From a virus (Duplodnaviria > Caudoviricetes), in the IMG/VR virus record IMGVR_UViG_3300014039_000019, positions 1-64,000 of that record: a stretch of 64,000 nucleotides of DNA; one strand, written 5' to 3'. The notes under the pieces were generated by a model. The model worked only from the letters and a program-made list of their open reading frames with translations. It ran no database searches and had not been told where the DNA came from. A program made the position numbers and the translations under genes. Position 1 is the first letter of the stretch; each line of letters begins with the position of its first letter. Shown here in pieces: positions 18,864 to 31,000 of the stretch.

Positions 18864-19210
18864 TGTTCCTTTTCTCCTTCAAGATAATAATACAATACGC
18901 CATTTCTTTCATAAACTTGATGATATCCATATGCATAATATGAATCATATAAATTTTCAATGTATTTATTTCCCGTTTTAGAGATTCTAATATTATCAAT
19001 ATAATCAACACATTCTCTATATATGTCTAATTCTTTAAGAGTTGTTGGTTTTGGTACTTCTATTTTCTCAAATAATTTTCTCAATTCATCATCATCATAT
19101 TCATTTATTTTATTTTGTAAAAATAAGTAAACATAATAAAAGTCTGTTTTAGTTTTTGGGTATTCTATTTTAGAATATTTTTTATTATATAGTTTAATTA
19201 ATTCGTTCAT
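18860..19210 (-). CDS. paralogue family member
   Basis: MNELIKLYN..YPKT..VPKPTT..E.DIYREC. Confidence 0.7.
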   Translation of the reverse strand: MNELIKLYNKKYSKIEYPKTKTDFYYVYLFLQNKINEYDDDELRKLFEKIEVPKPTTLKELDIYRECVDYIDNIRISKTGNKYIENLYDSYYAYGYHQVYERNGVLYYYLEGEKEQ

Positions 19211-19226
19211 ATTTAAACTCCTTTCT

Positions 19227-20033
19227 TTATTGCGGTATTTGACCCATTAAAATACTATTTTCAGATGCTTCTGCTAAAAGTCCTAAACAGGAAGATTTTA
19301 AAATTATTTTCTTTTCTTCTTTATTTATTTTCCAATAAGGTAAGATTCCGTCAACTCCCATATATATAGATTTACCCTTTTTTATTGCATCTAATACTGT
19401 ATAATAATTATCTTTTTGAGTTAAAAAATATTGATTTTTATCCACAGATATTGGAAATGGGATTGAGTCACAATATAAGTCTATTTCGTCTATATTTTTA
19501 GGAAATGGGAGAATAGTCTCGTCTATATAATCACATAAGCTATCATCGTTAATATAATTATTTACAGTAAATATAAAATTATATGCTCTATACATATCCA
19601 TTTTATTTTTAGGATATTCTAACTTAGGCAACTCAAGAGAATTTATATATAATGTTAAAGAACAGTTATTTTCGTTTATAGATATACCATTTGTTCTTAA
19701 AACAATCTCATCTCCCTTTATTATAATCATAACAGAATTATCGTTATATCCATTTACCTTATGCCCGTTTCTTACACTCTGTTTCATAATTCCTTCATAA
19801 ACTTCCCCGTCTGTTTTTAAAATATAACCAATAGATATCGGTCTATTATCTTTTATTTTTGGCACTTTAAATAATGGATAATAATGAATTTCTTGTGGAC
19901 TTATTAAACCAGCATCATTTCTAAAATCATCATATTCATCGGCATTTAATAATTTAACAGGTTTTAAATCTTTACAAATATATTCTCTTTTGTTAGTATA
20001 TCTCTCGTTAAAATAATCAATCAACTCTTTCAT
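19227..20033 (-). CDS. paralogue family member with internal insertion
   Basis: MKELIDYFN ... ~120 aa ... YPKN..Y..Y..LPFPKN..E..LYC. Confidence 0.7.
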   Translation of the reverse strand: MKELIDYFNERYTNKREYICKDLKPVKLLNADEYDDFRNDAGLISPQEIHYYPLFKVPKIKDNRPISIGYILKTDGEVYEGIMKQSVRNGHKVNGYNDNSVMIIIKGDEIVLRTNGISINENNCSLTLYINSLELPKLEYPKNKMDMYRAYNFIFTVNNYINDDSLCDYIDETILPFPKNIDEIDLYCDSIPFPISVDKNQYFLTQKDNYYTVLDAIKKGKSIYMGVDGILPYWKINKEEKKIILKSSCLGLLAEASENSILMGQIPQ

Positions 20034-20615
20034 CTAATCAACTCCTTCAAAGTCTAATTTAATACTAAATACTTCTTCTTCCGTCTTACAATTTCTAATT
20101 TTAACTTCTATCTGTTGTTGTTTTTCTACTAATGGCTCAACATATAATTTTATCTCTTTAGATAATCTTCCTAACTGCTCAAAAGAATAAGATTCACAAA
20201 CATTCTTTGTATCATTCCATTTCAAATTCGATTCTGTTCCAAATATATTATCTAATTGATATGAAAGTAAAGTACTTGTTAACAGTTGTTGTTTTTCCAT
20301 CGTCACATTGTAATATCTTCCTTCTTCATATTTAACAGTAGAAAATAGAGGATTATCTTTAAGATATTGTGCTAAATTATTTTTACTTAATTCAATTCGC
20401 TGCTCTTTTAATTCTTTAAGTGGATCAGCTTCTTCAATCTTTTTTTCTATCTCTTTATAATTAACATCTTCAATGACAGAATAAGCACTAGGAGCCGCAT
20501 TGACTCCTAGTATCACATTCCCTTCATAAATCTCTCCATCTTTATAAATCACATAACCTTCTTTTGGTTTTAATATTCTATAACCTTCTTTTTCTATTAT
20601 CTCTATATTATTCAT
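20034..20615 (-). CDS. tail fibre assembly-like protein (DUF4376-like)
   Basis: YNVT.EKQ..L, WN...C.....EQL..L...I..YV.PLV..QQ..E; start ATG 20615. Confidence 0.65.
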   Translation of the reverse strand: MNNIEIIEKEGYRILKPKEGYVIYKDGEIYEGNVILGVNAAPSAYSVIEDVNYKEIEKKIEEADPLKELKEQRIELSKNNLAQYLKDNPLFSTVKYEEGRYYNVTMEKQQLLTSTLLSYQLDNIFGTESNLKWNDTKNVCESYSFEQLGRLSKEIKLYVEPLVEKQQQIEVKIRNCKTEEEVFSIKLDFEGVD

Positions 20616-20623
20616 ATAATCAC

Positions 20624-23600
20624 CTACGCTAAAGTCCAACCTTTTGCTACCGCATCTGCTATTTGAGCTTCTGATAATCTTTCTAATGTTGCCTTACCTA
20701 ATGTTAGTGTTTCTGCTTGTACTGTTCCTAAACCATTCATAAGAGATTCTATAGTAGCAGTAGGAGTTAATTCTAAATTATACATCTTATATGAACTTGT
20801 TAGCTTTTTAGTATTTCCTTCTTCATCAGTAGCAAATACCCAATCCTTCATAAATTCAAAAGATGTATCATAAGTTAAATACCATTCATTATAATTTGAG
20901 TTTCTATCATCTCTATGAAGATTACTTAAATCTATTCCTTTTATTGATTCAATGTACTTATCTTGTCTAAACATGCCACCAAAATCTGCTTTACTTTCTA
21001 GTCTAGTCATATCTAATTCTACATTTACTAATTTTCTACAATAAGCAAATATATTTCTGTTTTCAGAGCAAGTTTGTGCATCGTCATTAAAATATAATGA
21101 GTAAGGGAATTTAATATAAGCATCTGTAAGCTCTCCACAATTATTACAAAAACTATAAAATCCATAAGAATATGTTCCATTAAATTCTGCTCTAATAGAT
21201 TTCATATTCGCACATCCTTCAAAACAATATTGAGAACTTGTTCTATCAGAGTTAACTACTATAGATGGATTTATTAAACCATGACAACCATAATAAATAT
21301 AATCCATATTATTTACATTATAAGGAAGAGTTTTGTAAATATTATCATCTGTTAATGAAGAGCAACCATAGCAACAAGAACGCATATTACATTTATCATT
21401 AAAATCAGTAGGTAATGGAATTACATTTGTTAATGATTTATCTCCATAATATGTTCCTTCCATTGTTATTACTGTTGCGGGTAAATTAGCTCCCCCAATA
21501 GTTACAGAAGTTAAATTAGGACAATCTCTAAATGCCCAATCCATATATTGTAAAGGAGTACTTTCTGTTATTTCTTCAAGATGTAATTCTGTTAAAGATG
21601 TGCAACCTCTAACAAATCCACTCATTCTCTCTAAGCTAGTTAAAGTAGGTAATGCCAATTCAGTTAATTGAGGGCAATAAGCATACATTTGATTTATATT
21701 TTTAGCATTTACATTTATTGTTCCTACTCTTTTTAATTTAGGGCAGCTAGCGAACCAGTTTGTAGTACTATTAGCACCAGTCATGTTTACACATTCTACT
21801 TCTTCTAGGTTTCGACTATTTTGGAATAAGCTTTCAGAACTCCACCATACATTTGTGCCGCTACAAGTAATTGTTCCAACTTTTACAAGGTTTGAATTTC
21901 TAAAAGTACCATATGCTATGGCATTTCCTTTAAAATTACATTCTTTAATGTATTTAAGATTAGAACCAACAAAAGGTGTATCTCCGTAATTATAATCTGC
22001 TATATTATAATTATTTTCTATTGTAACTGCCTGTTCTTCATAAGAAGATTGTTCTTGAAGTGTTGCATATTTATAAGTTCTTCCTAAATCATCTCTGTCT
22101 TGTAATAATTTAAAAAATCTACCTGCAAATTCCCAAGTAAAATCTGGGTTCGTACAATCATAGAATATGCCTCTTACTCTAGTCAGTCTATTATCTATTA
22201 GATAATCCCAATCATTAGGCATTGTAATCTCTAAATCATCATTAGTAAAATCAACATTTGTAAACCACCAATAAGCTTCTGTCCAGTCAAAGCTAGATAA
22301 ATCTATTTTCCCTTGAACTTTTACTTCAGGATAAGATTCAGAACCTCTTTCTTTTATATTCATATTATTAAAAGAAGGACTTACATATACATTTTTAGTG
22401 TTTACTCCTTTAATAGTACCAGTAGATTGTGGTAATCCAGATAAGCATAACTCTGTTAACTCTCTATTTCCAAAATCTATTCCTTCATATCCGTCTGGGT
22501 GGTCGTCTTTAAAATATATATTTTTTAAAGTACATTTTGATTTTAAACAGTTGTTAGGGTAATTAGTAGTTGAGAATCCACACATCGGTTTAATCCATAT
22601 TGTTTTTAAAGTAGAAGGAAGAATTATTGTACTTAAATCTTGAGTAGTAACATTACAAGTAAATGTTTCTAAATTTTCAAATTTAGTTAAATCTATTGTA
22701 TCAGCATCACTATTGAACCACTTATCTTGCCTATTATCATATTGATGGATTCTAAAAGTTTTTATATTTGGACATTCTGTAATATTAATATTATTAAAAT
22801 CAAAAGAACCGCACATATCGTTCGTAGAATTCCATTGATGACCTGTTTGAGTTTCTCCTATAGTTAATTCTTGAAGATTAGGTAAATATTTTAATGTTAA
22901 TTCCTCTAATCTGTAATTTAATCTAAAAGACATATATTTAGTAGATAGCATACTATTTTCTATATGAATAGAAGTTGCATTACATAACCCTAATCCGAAA
23001 AGCGCCATTTTTCTAAACTTAGTAGCATCTTCATAATCTCCTAACGTATCTGCGCTTCTAGCATTTCCGTTAAAATCATAAAAAGTACTATTATTCCAAC
23101 CGTTCATACTTATATCTGAACGGGCAGTAAGTCTTTCTACTAAAGGACAGTTTATTAATGTAAATGCCGTTATATCACTTGCTCCACTTAAAGCTTCTGT
23201 ATGATATGGAGAATACCAACTGACACTCGTTAAACCTACAATTCTCAAAGCATATTGATTTCTTAAATATAATGATGTTATTGTTTTAGGAAGATATATT
23301 TCTTCTAAGTTACCACCATTATTATTAAAGTTTACACCTGTCATTTTAGTTCCTCTTATATCTAAGTATTTTAAGTTTTGACAAGTAGCTAATTCCATAA
23401 CTTGATAACTGGTTAAACTACCTAAATTGGCACAACCATTAAAATCTATTTTTTGTAAGTAATCACAACCATTTATCTCTGCATTTACTAATTTTGAACT
23501 GTTTCTACATATTACCTCATTTATTCTCGTAGCATTTGACAGAAGTAAATGAGTTGGGTTACAAGTACTTAAATCTCCTAAAGACTTAATATACTCTGCT

Positions 23601-26600
23601 CCATATATAATAACTTCCTGATCTGTTTCAGTAGTGATATTATAACTAAATTTGACTGATTTATTTCTTGGAATCTTTAATGTTTGCATACCTGTTCCAT
23701 CTGCTTCGTCTCTCCATTTTACAGATAGATACATAGGACTATAAGTAGATATATTCATTGATACTATACCTTTTTTGTTACAACGAACAGTAACAAAGTT
23801 AGAAGTAGAAGGTTCATATCCGAATAATGTATCACAATATAATAATCTTTCTTTTAGCCATCTTTTTATTTGGAAATATCTGTTGCCATGACAAGCATAT
23901 AAATATTTTGCTCCGAATCTTAAATATTTATATTCTGTTGATTTGTTGTAGTATCTTACTGGTATCTTATCTATTTGATTATCATAGAAATATTTATACA
24001 TATTATCAAGTGTAAATACTCCATTTCTCATATTTATATATTCTTGTTTTAATTCATTAGCAAAATAAAGTCTTATTTTACTCCATAATTTAGAGTTAGA
24101 TGTATTAAATACTCCACCTTCAACTTCTATGTCAACATCGAAAGTTAAAGCACCTGTATTGTCTAATCCCAAAAGTGTCACTCTGTTACTTTCACCTTTC
24201 GGTTACCGACCATATCTCTATGGCGGAAGAGGTTCTTCTTTAATCAGTCTGGTTACTGATGACCCCTTCTCTCTAGTTTCGTTTTTAGATTATAGCTAGA
24301 GTTCAGACTGTTACATCGTTTTATTATTTAAAACGTCTTTTCGTTCAGTCGTTGTTGGTGATTCTGTGATAATATTAATTGTTTCTTTTAATATATTTTT
24401 TATATTATTTTTTTCAGTATAAGGTATTCTTAATAAGTATATTCCGTTTTCTATGCAATACTTATCTTTAATACGGTCTCGTAATTGGGTTTGTTTTAAT
24501 TGTTCTATTGAAAAATCCATTCCTCTTCCCGTATAATCAGTTGGCATAAAATGTCCTTCTCCATCATATTCTATCGCTAAATTTAAATCGGGGACATATA
24601 TATCGAATCGGATATGACTGATTAATTCATTTTTTAAATTAATATGTTTTTCTTTAACAGAATCATATCCTAAATATAGTAATTCATTTTGAATTATTGA
24701 AGGATATTTAGATATTAAACATCCACAAGAAAACGTGTGTCCGCTTCTTAAAGAATTACTTAAAACAACAGTTATATTTCCACAATCGCATTTGCACTTA
24801 CAAATTGTTTTGCCATATTTATTTTTACCTATTTCTTCAATAACTGTTAATTTTCCGTATTTTTCTCCTACAATACTTTTTATACTCATTTTTTCACTTG
24901 CTTTTTTCTTTCTTATACATCCACAATTTTTAGATAAACCTCTTTTTAAATTTTGGTATTTAACTTTTTTAATTGTTCCGCAATCGCATTTGCAAATAGC
25001 TACTAATGGCTCATTTGCTAAATGTTCTTCGAATCCTAAAATTGTCCACATATTATATTTTTTACCGATTTCAGCTTTTTTGTCAATTTTATCTCCTGAA
25101 CATATTAAACATTTATCCCTATTTTTTAAATTATAGTATCTTACTGTAAATTCATGCCCGTTCGAACATCTTACTAATAATTTTGTTTTTGTATTTTTAT
25201 ATTCTTCTTCTTTAGTTAAAAGAGTATATCCCATTTTTTTTACTTGTTCTTTTATATTTTTATAAGTTATTTTTTTACCCATTTTATCACCTCTTTTCTA
25301 TTATATCCATTTAAATATTGTTGTTAACCTTATTATCACAAAATCTTCCAAGGCGTTGCCTATCTCTAGGTTTTCGCCGCATATTAGAAAAGATTTTACT
25401 TGGACTACTCTTAATCCAAGTCGTACACCTGAATGTACCATTTTACACCATCAAATGTAACTAATTTCATATTTTTTCCAAGCGAATCGACACCACCGAA
25501 TACTTGGACAAATAAATAATATCTAAATACCGATTGTCTATCAAAATAAACATCAAATTGACTTTTAAATAAATCCTCATCAGCGCCACTTACAAAATCA
25601 ACTAATGTTTTTAATTCTGCAAAGTTATCATTACCATTTTGTCTACTTGGAGGATATAAACATTCAAAGTCAGAAGCATAATAATTTTGTTCTGTTTTAC
25701 CACTCTTAGAAGTCCAAGAGTTAAAAGCACCTGCTGTTTCATCTGTATTGGCAGATACTTCATAAGCTAAACATTTATCAAATAAATTATATCCATAAGA
25801 ACGATAACTATATCTATCTAAGTTAAAATCATATAATCCGACAAATTCATCATTTATATATAAAAGTATAGGGAAACCTTCTATGGCTTGTCTAACTTTA
25901 TTATTCTTTAATTGAGCAGGATTCTTTTCCACATATAGATTGTCATTAACGAACATAGCGGACCCTGTATTCATAGCATTAGAAGATTCCATTTGATTAC
26001 ATTTTAAACAGAATAAATTTTCTAAAATACCATTTTTAAAAGGAGTATAAAATACTTGGTTACCATCACTATCTCCTAATTCTATATTGTAATTCTTATT
26101 AGCATATTGAATAGAAGAAGTCCCTTGCCAATACATATTACATCTAGGATATTCAAAAGATGCTCCATATAGATCAGCATTAGGTGAAACATATTTTATT
26201 CTGACTTCTTTTTTATTTGTTAAAGTCATATTACTTATATCCCCATAAACATACATACAAGGCATATAAGCATCGTTATAATTTTTATTATATTCTTCTT
26301 CTTGTTGTTCTATAGGCATATCTGCTATTCTATTTTGCAAAATTTCTTCATCTGATAATTCTCTTTCGTACATCATTATTCTTTTTATTTTACATGAACC
26401 AAAATTACTTGTTCCTTTTTCGCTATTCAAATATATTTTTTCTGCGTGCTTTATTTGTTCGTAAATTATTTGACTACCAGAAGATGAATCCGATAATTGG
26501 AATGGGTCACAGCATACTCCATTAACAAGTATCTTCCCAAATTTAGAAACCCTATCAATCATAAAGGTAATTTGTATATCTTCTCCTTGTCCTATATCTA

Positions 26601-28068
26601 ATTCTGTCTTATGTGATACAGTAGATAAATTAGCTTTATACGGATTAATATATAATCCCGGATAAGGAGCAGAAAGACTCGTACAGTCTATAACTCTAGC
26701 TAAAGGATTTCCTATATCTTCTACACTAAATACCATATCTAAAGTAAATCCTCTTGTAACATTTTCACTAAAAGGTGTCATATCAATTTCTACATATGTA
26801 TTACCATTTAATACTAATTCTCCGTCTATCCAACCATTAGTACCGTAGTTTGAATTATATAATTTTCCTATATATCCGTTTATATCATCTACCCAATAAC
26901 CTCTATCAACATCTGAATTAGTTTTATTTTTAGCGCTAAAAGAAGCAATCAATCCTGCGCTAACATATTCCATAGCTTGATAACTAGAAGCAACCAATTC
27001 AAAAGTTAAATCTAATGTAGCAGTTTTACTTTTATCGGAATTATAAGCTTCTATTCTTATAGTATGCGTTCCTAATTCATAATCAGGAGTAAAAGTCCAA
27101 TAATAGTTTCCGGGTTGTTGAGATAATGTTTTAATAGGTTTCTCAAAATCATCTACATACATATTAACTGTATAATAATCTGTATTAGCTATAGACACCC
27201 TATAGTTAATGTTTATAGGTTGACCTTTTTCATATTGTTTACTTGTATCAAAATTTGAAGTTATAAATAATTGGTCAGTAGCAACAACTATAACGTTAAA
27301 TATCTGTGGAGCAGTAGAATAAATATCCGCAGTTGCATATATCTCGACTCTGTGAACTCCTACCGTTAAACCTTTAATCTCATAAGAGTTATATCCTTTA
27401 CTAGATTTAATTGTGTATTCTGTTCCATCAATAGTAATAATAGTATTTATATCAGTTTGTAAATCACATTCGATATTATAAGTTAAAAGTATTCTATCTT
27501 TAAGAGTGTAGTCTATGTCTGTATTCATTGTTACAGTTAACTTAATACCACCACAAACAATATCCCATGTTAATTGGTTAGACATAAGACCTCCTCTATC
27601 TCTTACATAGATAGAAAGTCTCTTTTTACCACTACCCAAAGCAGGTATTTTAATGGTATTATTACCTTGAGAAATTGTTTGTATAGATGTTTCTACATTA
27701 TTAATTAAAACATATAACGTACCTTCTCCTAAGTTTGGAGATGTATAATAAATAGGAATTGTAAAGTCCTTATCTCCATCAATAGAAGTTTCATTCCAAT
27801 CAGTAGTAAGAGTAGGCATAGTACCTCCTCCCCCACCTCCACTTGGATGGTTTTTAATATGGTCAGTAAGAGTAGAATTGACCGCATCTATAATGTCTCT
27901 ATTAACCTCTATTTGCCCCTTAGCATCGCCTAATTCTCTTAAAGCACCTTCTACGTTATCAGATTCAAAATTGCCCTCTAAATCTAAAAGAGCCACCTCT
28001 AATGCATCAGAGGTAGCTCTTCTTTCATATTTCTTCGTTTCTTTATTATATTTTCTTATTGTAGGCAT
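20624..28068 (-). CDS. spliced CotH-kinase / LamG / leucine-rich-repeat protein, about 2069 aa (exons 28068-25414 and 24178-20624)
   Basis: QGTSS..Y..KNY, LK, EGFP, DSLGKN and YDLD|TLLGLDNTG restored by intron removal; C-terminal LRR/BspA-like repeats. Confidence 0.85.
24179..25413 (-). mobile_element. group I intron in CotH kinase gene
   Basis: P1 ACUUGGAU/GUCCAAGU with U-G at the exon end; P7 GACUG/CAGUC; P9.0 ACUC/GAGU; terminal G; in-frame junction. Confidence 0.92.
24311..25282 (-). CDS. intron-encoded homing endonuclease (Zn repeats plus Vsr-like/EDxHD domain)
   Basis: CSNGH..C..C, two CxCDCG..CGC repeats, FDIYVP..AIEYDGEGH..RD..K..RIPY. Confidence 0.85.
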   Translation of the reverse strand: MGKKITYKNIKEQVKKMGYTLLTKEEEYKNTKTKLLVRCSNGHEFTVRYYNLKNRDKCLICSGDKIDKKAEIGKKYNMWTILGFEEHLANEPLVAICKCDCGTIKKVKYQNLKRGLSKNCGCIRKKKASEKMSIKSIVGEKYGKLTVIEEIGKNKYGKTICKCKCDCGNITVVLSNSLRSGHTFSCGCLISKYPSIIQNELLYLGYDSVKEKHINLKNELISHIRFDIYVPDLNLAIEYDGEGHFMPTDYTGRGMDFSIEQLKQTQLRDRIKDKYCIENGIYLLRIPYTEKNNIKNILKETINIITESPTTTERKDVLNNKTM

Positions 28069-28079
28069 TTAATCACCTC

Positions 28080-31000
28080 TTATTTATTTCTGTCTGAATA
28101 ATTAACAGTAAGTGTATCGAATAAAACTCTTTCATTTTTTGTAGAATCAAAATCATTTACTGTAATTTTTCCTTCTAAATCTTTAGTAAGTACATCTTTA
28201 ACATAATACATATTAAATGTAACTTTATCATATCCGAAGTCTGCCATTATATATGTTGGTTGTACTGGTAGAGTACCAGTATAAGCATACCACCAAGGTT
28301 GTCCGTTACCATTATCATGTATCGAACTTGAGTTTTCAGATTTTAATAAGTTTTGGCCGCTAGGTAAATTAATTGCTTTTTCTTTACCACTTTGTTTATA
28401 ACCTGTTGCTTGGCACATTATATAATATGTTCCGTTAGCTTTATTAGCCGTTCTTGTTATGCTTTCATCTACTATTTTTAATTGAGTAGAACCAGTAGAA
28501 ACAACATCTACATAATTATTATATGGAGCAAGTGTGAATTTTCTAGTAGAAGCATCATATGTAGCGCCTTTATATCCTGTATATAATGGTATACTTCTAC
28601 TGTATGTATGGTTGTGCATTATATTATTTTTATGAACGTTACTTCATAAACCGAGAATTTCTCTCGCCCTAACTTTCATTAGGATATTAGACTATTTCTT
28701 CACCCTATATAATAGAGGCAAACCTTATCCGACATACTTTGTCGTACTCTCTTGCGAGATAGTCTTTGAAGTTTATTCTTATTATTTTATTTTAAGCTCA
28801 TCTTTTAATATTTTTTCAATATCATTGAATTCTAAATAAGAGATTCTTATTATTTTAATATTGTTGTCTATACAGAACTTGGTTTTAACTGTGTCTCTTA
28901 TTTTTCTATCTATAAATGTTTCGTAACCTCCAAAATGCTTTATTATTTTATAATGTTGTATTCCATCATATTCAATACAACAATTATAGTTAGGCAAATA
29001 AAAATCAAAAGGTAAACATTTATAAAATTTACAATTATTAAATTTATATTGAGGAATATACTTAATATTATATTTTTTTAATATTTCTCTTATATTTTTT
29101 TCTCCTTTGCTTTCATTGCAAATAGGGCATCCGCTATTATTGTTAATCACATTATCGTAGGTAGCGTTAAATATATGTCCCTTTTCACATTGTAAAACAA
29201 TTTTTTCTTGATTATTTTTGTATTTAGATAATAAATGAAATCCTTTTTTTTGAAGATTTGTAATTACATCTTTTGCATCGTTAGTCATATTCTCAATCAT
29301 ACATTGTTTGCATCCACTTCCTTTTATAAAACTATCTAAACGAATCTCGTGATAGTGACCATTAGGGCATTGTAACTTTAATTTGGTTTTTTTATTTTTA
29401 TATGGTTCTAACAACTTATATCCTCTTTTTTCTACTAAAGATTGTATATATTCTTGAGAATGTTTTTTATTAGAATATTTTGATTTTGATGCTGATTTAT
29501 TTGTATTGATGTATCTTCTTTCAAAAGTGTATAATGTTACTTGTTCGATATTTCCTTTTTCGTTTTTAAATTTAATTATATCTCGCATATTTAAATTTTT
29601 CTTTTCATTTAAAAGTATCAAGTTATTATTTTTACAAATATTTTTAATTTGAGAATATGTATATTTATATTGTTTATTTAAGGAACAAATCGAACATCTT
29701 TGTCCTTTCTTAAAATTATTAAAAGACATTTCAAAAATATGTCCTTCCGGGCATTTGATTTTCATTTTTTTATGTATATTAATATATTTATTATCTAATA
29801 ATATGTAGCCATGAGAATTTATATATTCTTTTACGTTATTATAATTTAATTTTTTTCCTATTTTACTCACCTCGTAAAATTATTTGAGCTTAAATAAATA
29901 AATTTAGAATCTTACCTGCATGAACATCCATTTTGATATAATTTATTTATTATCATTATATCCAAGTACTTAGGATTTAACCATATACTTATCCTTACGT
30001 TTTTTCTACTTTCGTACCTTCATAACCTCTTTTCAGGGTTATTGTGGTGTAAGGCTTTAGGAATTACCTGCAATTAAATTTGTAATTTTTGAAACCGATT
30101 ACTCGATAACTAGGGCAACATTACCCGCATAATACAAAATCTACCTTATGTTTTTCTATATAAGGAATCCATTGTTGTAGTCTCTTAGTTCTAACTATTG
30201 TAAAAGGACTTAAGTGACAAGTAACAACTGTCCATCTAGGCTTAGTCGCTCTTGCTTCCACCTTAGTTAGATCAGCATCTAAAAATTCTATTTGTTTTCT
30301 TAAAAATTCATCAGTTTCTACTCCTGCATACATATATTCGGTATTAGAATTTATTACTACAAAATGCACAAATCCAACATCAAAACTATAGCTAGAAACC
30401 ATTGGGACTTCTTTATCCCCAACTACATGAGGTTCATAAGCATTTAATAATGGTTGATTTTCGAAAGTACCATAATATTCAAATGCTGTACCAAATTTTT
30501 TGTCTATTAAATCGTTATTTCCACAATTAAGAATATGTGGCATATTTTTTAAATTACCTTCATGATATTTATAATAATATCTCCATTCTTGTGGTCTATT
30601 CGCATTTTGTGAAATATCGCCTGTATTTAAATGACAATCAAAATTAGGAGTACCATTTGAATATTCATAATGTTCTATAGCATCACAAGCTGTTTTTACT
30701 GCTTTATATTCATATTCTGTAAATCCTTGTTCGTCAGTAGTCCATAACATTTTTAAACTATTAGATTGACCATATTCTTTTACTTCAAATGTTTCTATAT
30801 CTGTAAGCATACCTTCTACACCTACTTGATATTCATAAGTTCCATAAGTTAAATTATGAATCATAACTCTATGAATATTTACTACTTGGTTATATAAATT
30901 CACGATATCTTTTTCAGTTTTCTTTTTAATCCATTTTGATTCTCCTTGTTTTCTATATTTAATGATTCCGTCATAATCTGTTACTGGAGTTTCAAAAGTA

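Noticed and set aside
28617-28650. Alternative 3' splice site at an upstream G (AACG|UUCAU) that would keep the phosphatase in frame with a canonical 5' site
   Set aside because: That G lies in a P9 hairpin (UAUGAA/UUCAUA), and using it would insert seven residues into the GHxH motif
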